A stretch of DNA of 64,000 nt from Guillardia theta CCMP2712 (taxonomy: Eukaryota > Protista > Cryptophyta). This document shows positions 9,701 through 19,893 of the stretch, in pieces. The DNA lies in the NCBI RefSeq assembly GCF_000315625.1, contig NW_005434652.1, forward strand, positions 186,379-250,378, in the 5' to 3' direction. The position numbers and the translations under genes are program-made. The notes below the pieces were generated by a model. The model did not search any database, was not told the DNA's origin, and saw only the letters and a list, made by a program, of their open reading frames with translations. Within the stretch, counting starts at the first letter, position 1, and each line of letters starts with the position of its first letter.

Positions 9701-11130
9701 CCGCCACTCTTCCACCGGATCAATTCTGACACTGAGCTTCGAATCCGCCAACCGCAGCAAGCGGACGCTGGGGATGTTGTCCCCATGCTTGCTGCCTTCT
9801 TGGACACTCACAGGCACTTGATGGAGCAGGGCATCTCGGCGTACACCTCCTTGGCGGAGCTTCCTCAGGCGTGCGACAATGGCTGGATCCCCTCGCCTGA
9901 ATTATTTGGGACGTCGGGCAGTGCGCTTTTCATCCCCGCCCAGCGGGAGCTCACGGCTCAGTTCCTCTCGGAGTTTCCCCGGTTCCGCAGTATTCGGGCT
10001 CACCTTTCAGAGCGCCAGAGATCTTTGTTGGCACACCACTCCAGCTTCTCTACTCCCCTTCGAGTACCAGGCCACCCGGTTGATGAACTTCTGTCTCAGT
10101 TTACCCCTCAGCGCACGATTTGGCACTCGACTATGGAAAGTACAAACCTTGGGATCTTTGAGCAGCAGCCCATCAGCTTGGTGGCTGCCGCTGACAAGTT
10201 TCTTCATGGATTGCCGGTTGACCTCCCGCCGCACTGCGATCGATGCCATCATCTTCTTCGTCATCCTGGGGGGACCACACACATGGCAACCTGCAGGCAC
10301 CGCAGCCAGTTATGGACTGATGCGCATGAGAAGTGCAATGCCGTCCTCAGTACCCTCATCAAAGATTCCGGAGTGAGATGCCGCGTCCACGTGCAAGGCG
10401 TACCCGGCACCAGGCAGAACGTTTCCCAACATGGCCCTGAAGATCATCATGTAGGGGACTTTGAACTTCCACAACTGATGGCTACTGGCGGCGGATGGCA
10501 TGGGTTAATCCTGGACTTCAGCATGTCACATGTTTTTGACAATGATGGAATACCGGACCTCGCTCGGAGCAAACTGCAAGCGGCAGCACAGCGGAAGATC
10601 CGAGGGCATCGTAATGCATATGCTCAGCACGTCCCGCCAAAGGCCTTTCTTCCCATCATCGCCAGCACTGATGGCCTCTTGCAGGACGATGCGTTGCGCT
10701 TTCTGTGGTGGCTGGCGGATCGCTCGGCGAACAAGGAAACGGCAGCGCTGGATGGTCTCTCGGCCTCGCAAGACGTCTCAGGTGATCCGACTTGCAAACG
10801 CATTCGGTCCAGGGTCTTCCGTCAGCTCAAGGCCTCCCTGTCCTACGCTGCCATCATCGCGGGTGCATCCCGGTATGCGTCTCATTCCTTCGGCGGCGGC
10901 CACCGCGACATCGCTGGCATGGCCGCGCGGGGGACTTGTCCTGCGCGCCGTTAAGTGAAGGTATCAGTTAAGTTTGGGGGACAGCAGTCGGCAGGTTTAG
11001 GTTTGGTTCTCGCTGTCTTTTCTCTTCTCGCCGTTTGGCCTGTGCGACAGTGTCAGGGTCAAGCCTCCTCGACTCTCCTGATTGTCCTCGTACTGATCTT
11101 TAACTTAACTTTGAGTAAAAGTTTTTTGTC
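6768..11130 (+). mobile_element. Full-length non-LTR retrotransposon, RLE type (CRE-like clade)
   Basis: Single long intronless RT-CCHC-RLE ORF. Boundaries are defined by comparison with the empty site in duplication copy 1 (GGCAGAC|GGGGGGG at 4866/4867). 5' UTR is about 140 nt and 3' UTR about 176 nt. Confidence 0.88.
6908..10954 (+). CDS. Reverse transcriptase - zinc knuckle - restriction-like endonuclease polyprotein (1348 aa)
   Basis: RT motifs: IRPIVIGDLERRI, QFCVG, IDARNAFN, GVSQGDPLA, YADN, GIPIG. C-x2-C-x11-H-x3-C knuckle at 10235-10294. RLE-like segment GD...LILDF...AAQRKIR...FLPIIASTDG. Confidence 0.92.
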   Translation: MARHKRPAILRHHSSVVDPLLTGTPGSSSHFPHTGLVSQESSSDSEPRSQQEPLRTPDMLEGQSRSAASPPQDDFASSAAGSGGGSGNQRPRKQARFRRSISQRTPTDQPTVNPTPPPPPPQPANLFPEDPGTQSSAAAYFHNLRPQDMPCGTSNWHRALPLFAQQGPHKLPALLARNPSITTIKHPNRQTIDKWKSALQFTLDLLQGYPDLHCEEAKIIRSLWHCLPLLLLRVNPVLAISRQNRDVSYRIHHFLQGRWETLLKLEEGVSFDQDGPAVGSGGDPQDVTQQPTAGLTGSGRGTRPRAPQGRRQQPNRQNAGRPQGPDRARAGVQQPVMESEQLEKKKILSAVEHYQNRDMKKARQALVGHGLSPDPFEQLWQQTREKFPTRLEPIPPTLLDAVGSSRQMLSAQLDDAIADEPASLLDKILDQREVGKFLRRFTASSAPDQFGWRPFQHLRHILRLHDDHKQRYINLILKPIALGIPSGAFLEEYTRGGRFIPAAKSVEKSGIRPIVIGDLERRIVSSIFCRFYRKSLESHFTLSHSRVLQFCVGLEEGCLKFCKTIECLLGPHSFANPFTDQGEGESDNFDPTVIIMIDARNAFNEISRQRLFDILLAPEHRCENFSQGVLPYVHQYYGQAGKLFLKHQRETRAFSATTGVSQGDPLAMALFAHTTFPSLVKVAETFPDCVFPAYADNMAVIGKLSVAAQATASLVDTLKQELGLEIQPRDSQIFSSSWCELQSSQQQAIQEHICSRYPGLQQFAFRGQGIILGGIPIGSQSFQQEFITAKVNALNAELTQLEQFPIALGLKQLLKTTHVPTLQYFLRGISPALTAAQCKCFDVANLRLLAKVFQWPQNQAQEGSSVLQPAPGTPPSDLQFAYFKRQLPYSAGGDGFTPQEGVAYTAFWSATAKFLKWAGEIAIFQHWTFPTPPLFHRINSDTELRIRQPQQADAGDVVPMLAAFLDTHRHLMEQGISAYTSLAELPQACDNGWIPSPELFGTSGSALFIPAQRELTAQFLSEFPRFRSIRAHLSERQRSLLAHHSSFSTPLRVPGHPVDELLSQFTPQRTIWHSTMESTNLGIFEQQPISLVAAADKFLHGLPVDLPPHCDRCHHLLRHPGGTTHMATCRHRSQLWTDAHEKCNAVLSTLIKDSGVRCRVHVQGVPGTRQNVSQHGPEDHHVGDFELPQLMATGGGWHGLILDFSMSHVFDNDGIPDLARSKLQAAAQRKIRGHRNAYAQHVPPKAFLPIIASTDGLLQDDALRFLWWLADRSANKETAALDGLSASQDVSGDPTCKRIRSRVFRQLKASLSYAAIIAGASRYASHSFGGGHRDIAGMAARGTCPARR

Positions 11131-11163
11131 GGGGGGGGTTAGGACTGAGGGGGGTGGATATGA

Positions 11164-11750
11164 CCCGGCCCGGGACCGTGCCAGACTGAGACTCGCCGTC
11201 GGAGGCCGCCGCTGCCGGGCCGGACCGCCCGGCCGGGCGCCGCCCGGCCGCCGCGTGACTGCCAGTTTGACTCACTCGGAGGCCTGACTCACTGAGTCAC
11301 TGGAGTAACTTGAAGGGAGTCGGACCACTGGCCGGGCCGGATTCGCATACGCCGGGCAGTGATAATAGTCATACTAATCGGACTCAGTCGGATGATTCAA
11401 TGCCGCGGGCCGAAATTGAATTCGCCGCGCGGCCCCGGCGCCGGCCTGGTGGCGCCGTCACAGTCACCGGCCCGCGGCCGGCCAGGGCCAGGCGGGCCGC
11501 CGCGCCGCCGTCGCCTCATCAGTGTCGCCGTCACGCGGCCCGGCCCGCGGCTCAGAGTCGGGTACGCGGGCCCGGACTCAGTTCAACGCCCGGCCCCCAC
11601 GCCGTTCGGGCCGGGCCGGGCCGCGGTACCTCAGTCGCGTACGGTACGGTACTCCCGGAGCCTCGGAGTCCGGCGGCGCCTCAGTACAGTCCTCAGAGTG
11701 TCAGAGCTGCGCCAGGTCCGGCCCAGTCGCCGGAGGATCATCGGATCATG
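11164..11750. other. GC-rich CCGG/GGCC/GAGTC-dense intergenic block
   Basis: Dense CCGG, CCCGGG, GACTC and GAGTC words, with no credible ORF. Similar composition at 42130-42700. Confidence 0.6.
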
Positions 11751-12310
11751 GGGGTGGGGTACCGTCCGAAACACACTGTTGGGACGGTACCACAAATTTG
11801 AATTGCGAGTATCACCGTACTGACGGTAGACAGCCGGGGGTGGGGTATCTGCCGGCCAACTCAGTACTTTAAGGGGGAGGTGCCATCGTTCTTGATTGAA
11901 GTTAGGGGTAGGGTACCTCGGACGTGACCCCGGGGTACCGCAGAGCAGTAAAGTGCTAGGGAAACTGAGGGGTGGTAATGGCGTTTTCAAGTGTTGTGGA
12001 CTGGACTCCCTGGCCAAGGTAACCATTGAGAGGGGTAGGGTCCGGGCCGGGGTGGGGTCATTTCCGAGGCTGGCGACATGTGAAGGTGATAAATTGTAGA
12101 AGAAAGTTTCGTTGGTGGTGGGGGGGCGGGGGTGTTGATAGGAGGGGTAGTATTTTGAAAGATAGGGTTCGGAAAAGGGTAGTCGGTAGCAGGCCAACCG
12201 TAGTTTTGTGGGGTACAGTTGACTCGGTAGGGTCCGTCTTGTGTGTGGGGCAAGGGGTAGCTAGTTCATATCGTTGGTATATTTCGGAGGGGTAGGTAGG
12301 GTGAGCCAGG
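11750..12310. promoter_or_regulatory. GGGT/ACCC-rich block in a divergent intergenic interval (putative promoter region)
   Basis: Many GGGGT, GGGTA and GGTAC words. The same composition recurs at most other head-to-head gene junctions. Confidence 0.4.
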
Positions 12311-12750
12311 AAGGTGCTATCGGCATGGCTTGAACCAGGCCCAGCATTGCGCGATGCAGAGAAGCAAGAGAGGGTAGAGATGAAGGGACATGTAGCATTG
12401 ATGAAAGGGACTATGGATGAAGATGTTTATCCAGGTTTTGAATGATAGGCAGGGCGCAGTCGTTGATATTTGGGGATGTTGAAATCTGGCGATTGAAAAG
12501 GTGCAGCAACCTTTGGCAAAATGTGAAATGAAAAGCTCTGAGAAGAAAGTTTGAAATCTAGATATTAGACACTTGCACAATCACTTCGTTTTCCTTACCT
12601 TATTCTTGTTTGGCAGTTCCCATTCAAATCGAAACAGCCATGTATCTTCATTCACCTATTAAAAGTTTTGAACGACAATGAAAGCACACTTGGAGAGAGC
12701 TCAGAATCAGTCTCACTGTCGGCTGGCATAGGACTTTTTAGCGATTGTAT

Positions 12751-15009
12751 CATGATACCCAGCACTCAAGGAGCTTCTTCATTCACGAGGTTTCAAGACT
12801 CTAGGACCGTCACATCCAGCGAGATGCCCAATTACATGACGTTGCAACGCAGCTCTATGGGGATTAGGATCATCCAGGACGGCAATGAGGTTGTAAAAGA
12901 GGAATCAGGTTCTTCTTTTTGACGATGCATCTTCACACGTTGAAAGACAACAGCAGGCCTGAAACAAATTATGAAAGACATTCGGGAGCAGTTGGAAAAA
13001 TCAACCCATGTGGTCAATCAGGCCTCCACTAGGGATTCGGATCGAGTGGATTCAGAAACAATGAATTCATACCCTGAAGTGAAACCTTACGACATACAGT
13101 CGTTGCGATCAAGATTCGTAAGTAATTTGAAATATCTCTGCAAATTTTGACAAGGAGGTGCAGGAAAGGGAAGTCTCGAGTACTGAGCGCATGTCATGGA
13201 AACGAGAGTCTAATCCTGGATTTAGAGATCTTGGAAATGATAGATCATTCAGAGATCTCGGAAATGATAGGTCATTCAAAAATCTTGGAAATGATAGATC
13301 GCCCAGAGAATTTGGGAATGATAGGTCAGTCAGGGATTATGGCAATGATAGGTCAGTCAGGGATTATGGGAATGATAGGTCATTCGGCGATTATGGGAAT
13401 GATAGGTCATACTTTGTCCCAGAGGTCTATGTAGAACCAAAGATGAGGTGGCAGATACATGCTCCTGTTACTCCTGACAACACGAGCAACTCTGCTCATC
13501 GCCGTCCGCCTGTCGAGCTGGCAATGAGGCCGCCCTCTCAACCGGCAACGCAAGTCAGTCAATCAGAGCCAGCATCAAGTAACAGCTCAGTGACTCGGAA
13601 GTCTGCTTTTGAGCTGCAACAACATTCAAATCAAACCTTCTATCCGTTCAACCATGCTTCCGCACAGAGGAATGTGCATTTACCGCCACCGATCAACTAT
13701 CAACCAGATTTCCAGACGGGTATGCTGGAAAGGGAAAGATTCCATGAATTTCACCCAGGTTGTTTGTAATGTCATTCCTCGACATTCAAGCTGATGATGT
13801 GTTGCAGGTCTTCCGCGGGGCTGGGAGATGAAAGTCGACTCGCCTTCAGGGAAGGTTTTCTATGTCAACCATTCTTTGCGAGCAATCTCATGGGAAAGAC
13901 CCAAACTCGAAACGCCTTTGAGCTCAGAGAGAGAGATGAGTCAGTTGCCGCCTCAAAGACCTGTGGAAGACAAGCCGACGCCTGTAGTGGAACCCGTGGA
14001 AGAGAAGCGAACGCCGCCTCAGAGAATTGTTGAAGAGACACCAGCACCAACTCAGAAGCTTGACAATCCTTTTGACGGGTCCGAGATTTTGAATAGAATA
14101 TCCTCCAACGTGCAGAACATCCTCATGAAACTGTCAAATGCTTCGAGCGGCTCAGAAAACGATGCTGCAAACAATCTTCGTGACGATTCGAACAAGGAGC
14201 AGCAAGATTACAACTTGAAATGGCGACTTGAGGAATTCAAGATCAAAACCTCCATCAAGGAGAGAATCAGCGCTGAGAGCGCGCTGCTTGATGGGAAGAT
14301 CGACCTCAGGCGATCGTACAACTTCGCGACTTCCAATACGTTTACAAGGTTTGGTGTTCATTAATGACGAAATTCTCGTGATGATATGTACTGTAGCTTT
14401 GAAGATATCGATTTTGCCCCGAAGTCAAGGAAATGGCAAAATGATGGGCATGAGAACGACAATCATGTTCGAACAAGACCGATAACCAACATGCCAACCA
14501 CACAGCTGTTGCGGTCTAGTCTGGATTCGTCCAAGTTCGCAGAGTTTCAGGTTTGGAAGTTCTGAAACACATCCATGCATTTGAAGGTTTTGCAGGCTAG
14601 TTTCATGACACACTCGTCGTCGTCCAACCTTCCTCAGGTGCACAGTCAGGAGAAGAAGAAGGAAAGCCCACACATGGACACACTGACGTTACTTCTCGAT
14701 GCGAGAGAAAAACTTCGTGAACACCACAAGTCGAGCCTGACAGCAGAGCTTTCCGATGAACCCTTGCGGCCCACGTACACGGGAAGGAGCTTCGAACAGG
14801 AGATGGAATACTCGCGGTGGGTGAAGCAAGAATTGTTGGAGATCCCCATCGACGAGGATGAGGTTGGCAACGCGACTCGGAGTGACATGGAGACAACATT
14901 GGATGCTCACACTGCGACTTCGAAGGACACGACGAAGAAAAATTCGGACATGCCGTCAAGCTCAGAGACAAGCAGCAGCACATCCCACATGCTCATGTGG
15001 CAAGTGTGA
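12751..15009 (+). CDS. WW domain-containing, largely disordered protein (multi-exon; ends uncertain)
   Basis: Exon at about 13809 reads LPRGWEMKVDSPSGKVFYVNHSLRAISWERP, a canonical WW domain. Flanking open exons at 13158-13758, 13809-14348 and about 14596-15003. Confidence 0.75.
13221..13409 (+). repeat. Coding tandem repeat, 7 x 27 bp (xRD[LFY]GNDRS)
   Basis: Units TTTAGAGATCTTGGAAATGATAGATCA and variants, counted directly. Confidence 0.92.
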
Positions 15010-15049
15010 TGTCCTCCTTGTCCTTCAGTGTTTGTTTATAAATCAACCC

Positions 15050-17819
15050 TTCTTCTTTGACATCAGGCGAGATCGCCCGGATTCACGAAACTTTCGAATC
15101 AGAGGGTTCCCGGAGTCGGGCCAGGCGACGAAGCTCGGAGTAGCAAAGCGATGAGTGAGGGAGGTTGAGGCATGGGCGATGGGTACCCAGGTCTCCTTCT
15201 GTGAGAGCAGCATCATCCACCCGCACGCAACGCTTGCAGTCGTCTCACCGTGCAGGCTGAGTAGGAGGAGCGACCCCCATGTGCGTAGGTGGGGGCCCAG
15301 AGCCCACGGTTGAAGCTCCTTCGCTGCTCTACTTGGACCTTGCCGATTTGATCGGTTCCTTGCGGCCGCAGCGCTAGAAGGATGTGAGCGAGAAAGAGAG
15401 GAGGAGAGAGGAAGGAGGACGGGAGGAGAGGATGGAGACGAGGACAAAGGAAGGACTCAGGGAAGGAGAGTGGGGGAAGGGCAGGGACACTGACCATCGG
15501 GGTTGGTCTTGATGATGTTGTCTGCTAGAGGATGGAAGTCTTGTGGATTCTCTTCTGTCGGCGACATGGGGTGAATCCTCTGCGGTACCTGGCGGAGGGG
15601 ATGAGGGGCAGGAGGGCCAGGAGGCTCATAACCTTCTTAGAGTCATAGTTGATGCGTGGCCAGGAGGCGTTTCTGGTGAGCGGAGAGAAGTTTCAGTGAA
15701 GATAGTCGCTGGGCACAAAATGAATGCATGACAGAGATGTGATGGTTGTGGATCAACATGGAATCATGCACTGAGAAGAGGCGAGTAGTGCTGATGACAA
15801 CCTTTCTGCAGTCTTGGAAAAGGGCAGGATGAACTCAAGTTCTCTCGAGTCGTTTCCAGTTCCTTTTGCCTGTTTGAATGAGTCAGCGGCAGCCAAGGAG
15901 GCGAGATCTGGGTCACATTCTTAGGAGCTGTTGAAAAGTTGATCTCGAATGAGTTCTGCGAGATATGATCGTTACATAAGATCATGAAGTGAGGCGAGGA
16001 AGAGGAAGGGACGAAGGGTGAGAGTAGAAGAGGGGAGGCAGAGGGAGCGGAGGCAAGAAAGAAAGTTGAGGGAGAGGGGGAAAAATGCAGGAAAATCAAA
16101 GCAAAGCGGCAGGAAGAAGAAAGAGATGCTGTGGAAGGGAGGATAGAAAGGAATGGAGGCAGGGGGGAGAGGGGGGGGATGTTAGAAGGATTCAACGAAC
16201 TTTTGTCAGGTCCATATTGTACTGCTGGGCTCTCTTGAAAAACGAATCGTCTTCTTCATTTGGCATGTACGAGGATCGAAAACTCTCTCGGCTACTGTCT
16301 CGGTGAGTTAAACATTTTCTTACGGGCGGTCTGTGTAGTATCTGCAAGATCGTCAGCAAATGAGTGAGACGTACATGTGCTATTACTGGATGCCTGACGG
16401 CCATGCCATGTCGAATCTCAAGGTTGCCTTTGGAAGATCTCATCGGCGAGATTGCTTCCTCTTCTTCTCCCTCTCCTGTCAATCATCATCATCATCATCA
16501 TCATCGCCCTACTGATCAGTTCCTCCTCCCCCTCCCTCTCCTGTAATCCCCTTCCCCTTCTTCCTCCTCCTCCTCCTCCTCCTCCTTCCTTTTCCTCCTC
16601 CATCTCTACATCTGAACAGTGCAAGAGCTGCAATGAGAGTTTTACCTTCATCAAAACTTTTCCGTGGCGATTCAAATCTGGACCAAATTCCCTGGAAAGA
16701 GTCAGACCTCAAAACTTTCAACACAGAAGAAAAGGGAGAGGAAAAGAAAAAGAGTCGAGATTCACTTGCATTCAAACAACAAACACCGACATGAAAGAGC
16801 CCAAGGGGCAGGAACAGTGGCAAAAACATGAGGAATGGAATAATGATGATGGAGGAGGAGGAGGAGGAGGAGATTGAGGTTGTTGTTGCTGTTGTTGTTG
16901 AGGAGGAGGAGGAGGAGGAGAAGGATAAGGGTAAGGGTAAGGAGAAGGAGAAGGAGAAGGAGAAGGAGAAGGAGAAGATGATAAGGCGGAAGGGGAGATG
17001 AGGAGCAGGAAGAAGGAAGAAGGAAGAGGAAGGAAGAGGAAGAGGAGCTGTACCGAGGGATTCGGTCGGTAATAATTCTCTCTGTAAGTTGCGGGACGAG
17101 ATTCTGTTTGAAGAAAAATGTCAAAAAGGAGGATACTAGAATGAACAATTCGTAGGAAGAGAAGCGGAGGGGAGGAGAAGGGAAACGGAGGTTGTGGCAA
17201 GGACAAGACAGGATGAGGAAAAGAGAAGCGAAGGAGCGGGAGGGGCAGGGGAGAGTATCCAAATGAGAATGCTAAGTACAGCAGAGCACCTTGAGACATG
17301 TTCCAGGCAACATCGTCCATGACATTCTGCATCCTTTTCAGTCACAGCCTTTCATCATGCAGGGAAACAAGAATGCATGCACACAGAGGTGAATACAAGA
17401 ACAGGACACAACAATAAAAAGCACACAGTGAAACAAACATCTTCAATCACATTACATATCGATCAGACAGTTGACCTGCATTGGCTTCCAAGGCAGACCC
17501 GGAACCTTTTTCTTCTCATCCAAGTTGTACGTCTTAGTCTGGATCGACCCCTTGTACCAGTAGGTGGAAGAATCTACAACAAAACAATAACGAAGATATC
17601 AAAATCGATGATGGCGTCTCTTGCCAGAAGTCTTCTTTGACATTTCTACTTCTTCACTGCTCTGGCACGTCTGGAATGAAAATCAACGCCATGTCATTTG
17701 TGTGAATATCTTTCTGACCTCTTTGCTCTTATCGCTCTTGCTGCTCTCATATCTTCGAAGTTTTCTACCGTCATCATCAGTCATCTTAATCGCCATCGCC
17801 ATCGTCATCGTCATCATCA

Positions 17820-17860
<41 letters not shown>

Positions 17861-19374
17861 ATCGTCGTCATCATCTAATTGCATCTCATATTTTTGTCAC
17901 ATTTCTTCCGATCTCCATCCAGGTCTCCATCCTGCAGGTAACCAAGGTCACATCAAATCACATGTTCAGAAACTGTCAACCATTGCTTGTAATGCGAAAG
18001 ACGCTTGTCGGACTTGCGGCCTCTGATGGAGATTGCTGTGAATACAGATCAGATTGCCATGGCTACGTTTCTCAAACTGCAACCTCGTCTTCTAAATTCA
18101 CATCAGGAGAAATGATTTCTTCTGTTTCCACTGCATTCTTCGCTCGCGGAGATCGTCTGGAGGATGAGAAATAATGGAGAGGGGAGGAGGAGCGAGGCGA
18201 GGCGAGGCGAAGGGAAGTAAAGAGAGGAGAGGAAAAGGAACCCAGTCAAACACGATGTCAGCAAAGAAAAAGAGATATCTCGCTGCAATCATAACGGACC
18301 ACCTGACTTCATCCTTTGTGGCCTTTGACTCACTGCTCGTTGTTCGTTAGCTACATGCAAGCAAAGGCCATCAAACGTTTCCTCACATTGCAAGGAGCTT
18401 CTGCAGTTGTGACGTCTCCAACCCGACATTCTGCAGCATCGAGATCAAATAGGGAAGTCGCCTGAGCAATTTCACCTGCGCAAACAGCACTCTGGAAAAC
18501 GTCTCAAAGCTGACCATCCCTTGTTTCTTGTCATCCAACTTCTCCTTCCAATCAATCTCTTCCATTACACGTAGGAGGTTTTCCTCACCTTTCTCCACAC
18601 CAGATCCACCACCTTCTCACCAACATCGGAGAAGCTCTTGAGAGACTCGCTATTTGGTTCTGTCGACATTTTCGGTCTACATGAAGAATGTCATAACTCT
18701 TGTTTTCTTTCCGTGTTCTTCACCCAATGGACTTCTTCAGTGCTACTCCGTTTACAGTTCGCGCTGGCATGCCGCAAGCGATCGATGTGGTTCTGATCAC
18801 TCCCAATTTGAGCAAAAGATTCTCTGCAAGCATGTAAGCCGGGAGGAACAGGAGGAGGAGGAGGAGGAAGAGGCAGAAGGGATTTTGGGGGAGCGATGGA
18901 GGAGGAGGAGGAGGAGGAGGAGGAGGAGGAGGAGGAGGAGGAGGAGGAGAAATCCTACTGAAATCCCTTCTTGTCATGTATCCATTGCCTTGTTGAGCTC
19001 CCATCAAGAACCTACACATTTCCATAACCAGGAACATTCACCAGACACTCTTTTCTTTACGCTTTCTTCGCATTGATGGCCTTCCGCAGAAGCCCCATCA
19101 TCACCAGAGAAAGAGCTGCATCCTCCCCCACCTCATGCTCTCCCTCCTCCTCTTCCTTAGCCGCAGTCTCTCCCTCTCCTTCGATCAACTGCTGCGAGAC
19201 CTGTCGAGGAGAGCACGTGGCCGAGACCGTCCTCGCCGTTCTGACTGCCATGGGGAAGTCGAAGCTCATCATGACGCCTTGTGACATAGTCTGCGACTGT
19301 CTCACTGTGCTACTCATCAGCTCGTTCACCACGTCGCTCCCGACGACATGGCGCAGCGCAAATTTTCCTGCCAT
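15050..19374 (-). CDS. Multi-exon hypothetical protein, possible degenerate EF-hand
   Basis: ATG at 19374 (MAGKFALRH...) followed by many short exons separated by microsatellite introns. The segment LDDKKQGMVSFETFSRVL resembles an EF-hand loop. May be more than one gene. Confidence 0.4.
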
Positions 19375-19893
19375 GGGAAGGCGTCGGCCAACTGCCGGAA
19401 GAAAGTGATGTTGAGTAAAGATTAAGTGACCTTTATGTTAATTTAACTAGAAGATCAGTTAATTTAGATAGAATCTAGCTAAATCTATCTGCTGGTTATC
19501 CGACCGTTACAACAATGAACTCTATTACCGTTGCATTACCGTTTCACTGTAGTAAGGTCAGGTTGGCCCAGGCCCGGGCCGGGCCGGCGGTGACTGAAGG
19601 TGAAGAGACTGAAGGACTCAACTTACGTTGGGGCCAGCAATAATGGCGAGAAGGGCCGGCGACACGGAGAGAGGGACTGAGAGGACATGCAGGAAACTTA
19701 GACGGCAGTGGGGCCTGACGGCACTCTTGTGCCTCCCAGATGAGCATCATCGGATGTGCTATCGTTGTTGGGAGTCAAGAAGATTCTGATGTAGATCAAC
19801 GAGGACCTTGTGACCTGATGTCTGACAACCAAGTTGACGTAATTGGCGGCTCATCGAGTTTCATCGCAACGACACGAAGTTTCGCTACCTGCC

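Noticed and set aside
6908-10954. Bacterial RT system (retron, DGR, group II intron) or LTR element
   Set aside because: The C-terminal CCHC + RLE and CRE-like RT motifs fit a non-LTR element. No LTRs, integrase, RNase H or template/variable repeat pair were seen.
11310-11872. Arg/Pro/Gly-rich ORFs after the retroelement (also 42132-42648)
   Set aside because: Open in several frames simply because of extreme GC content, with no domain signal.
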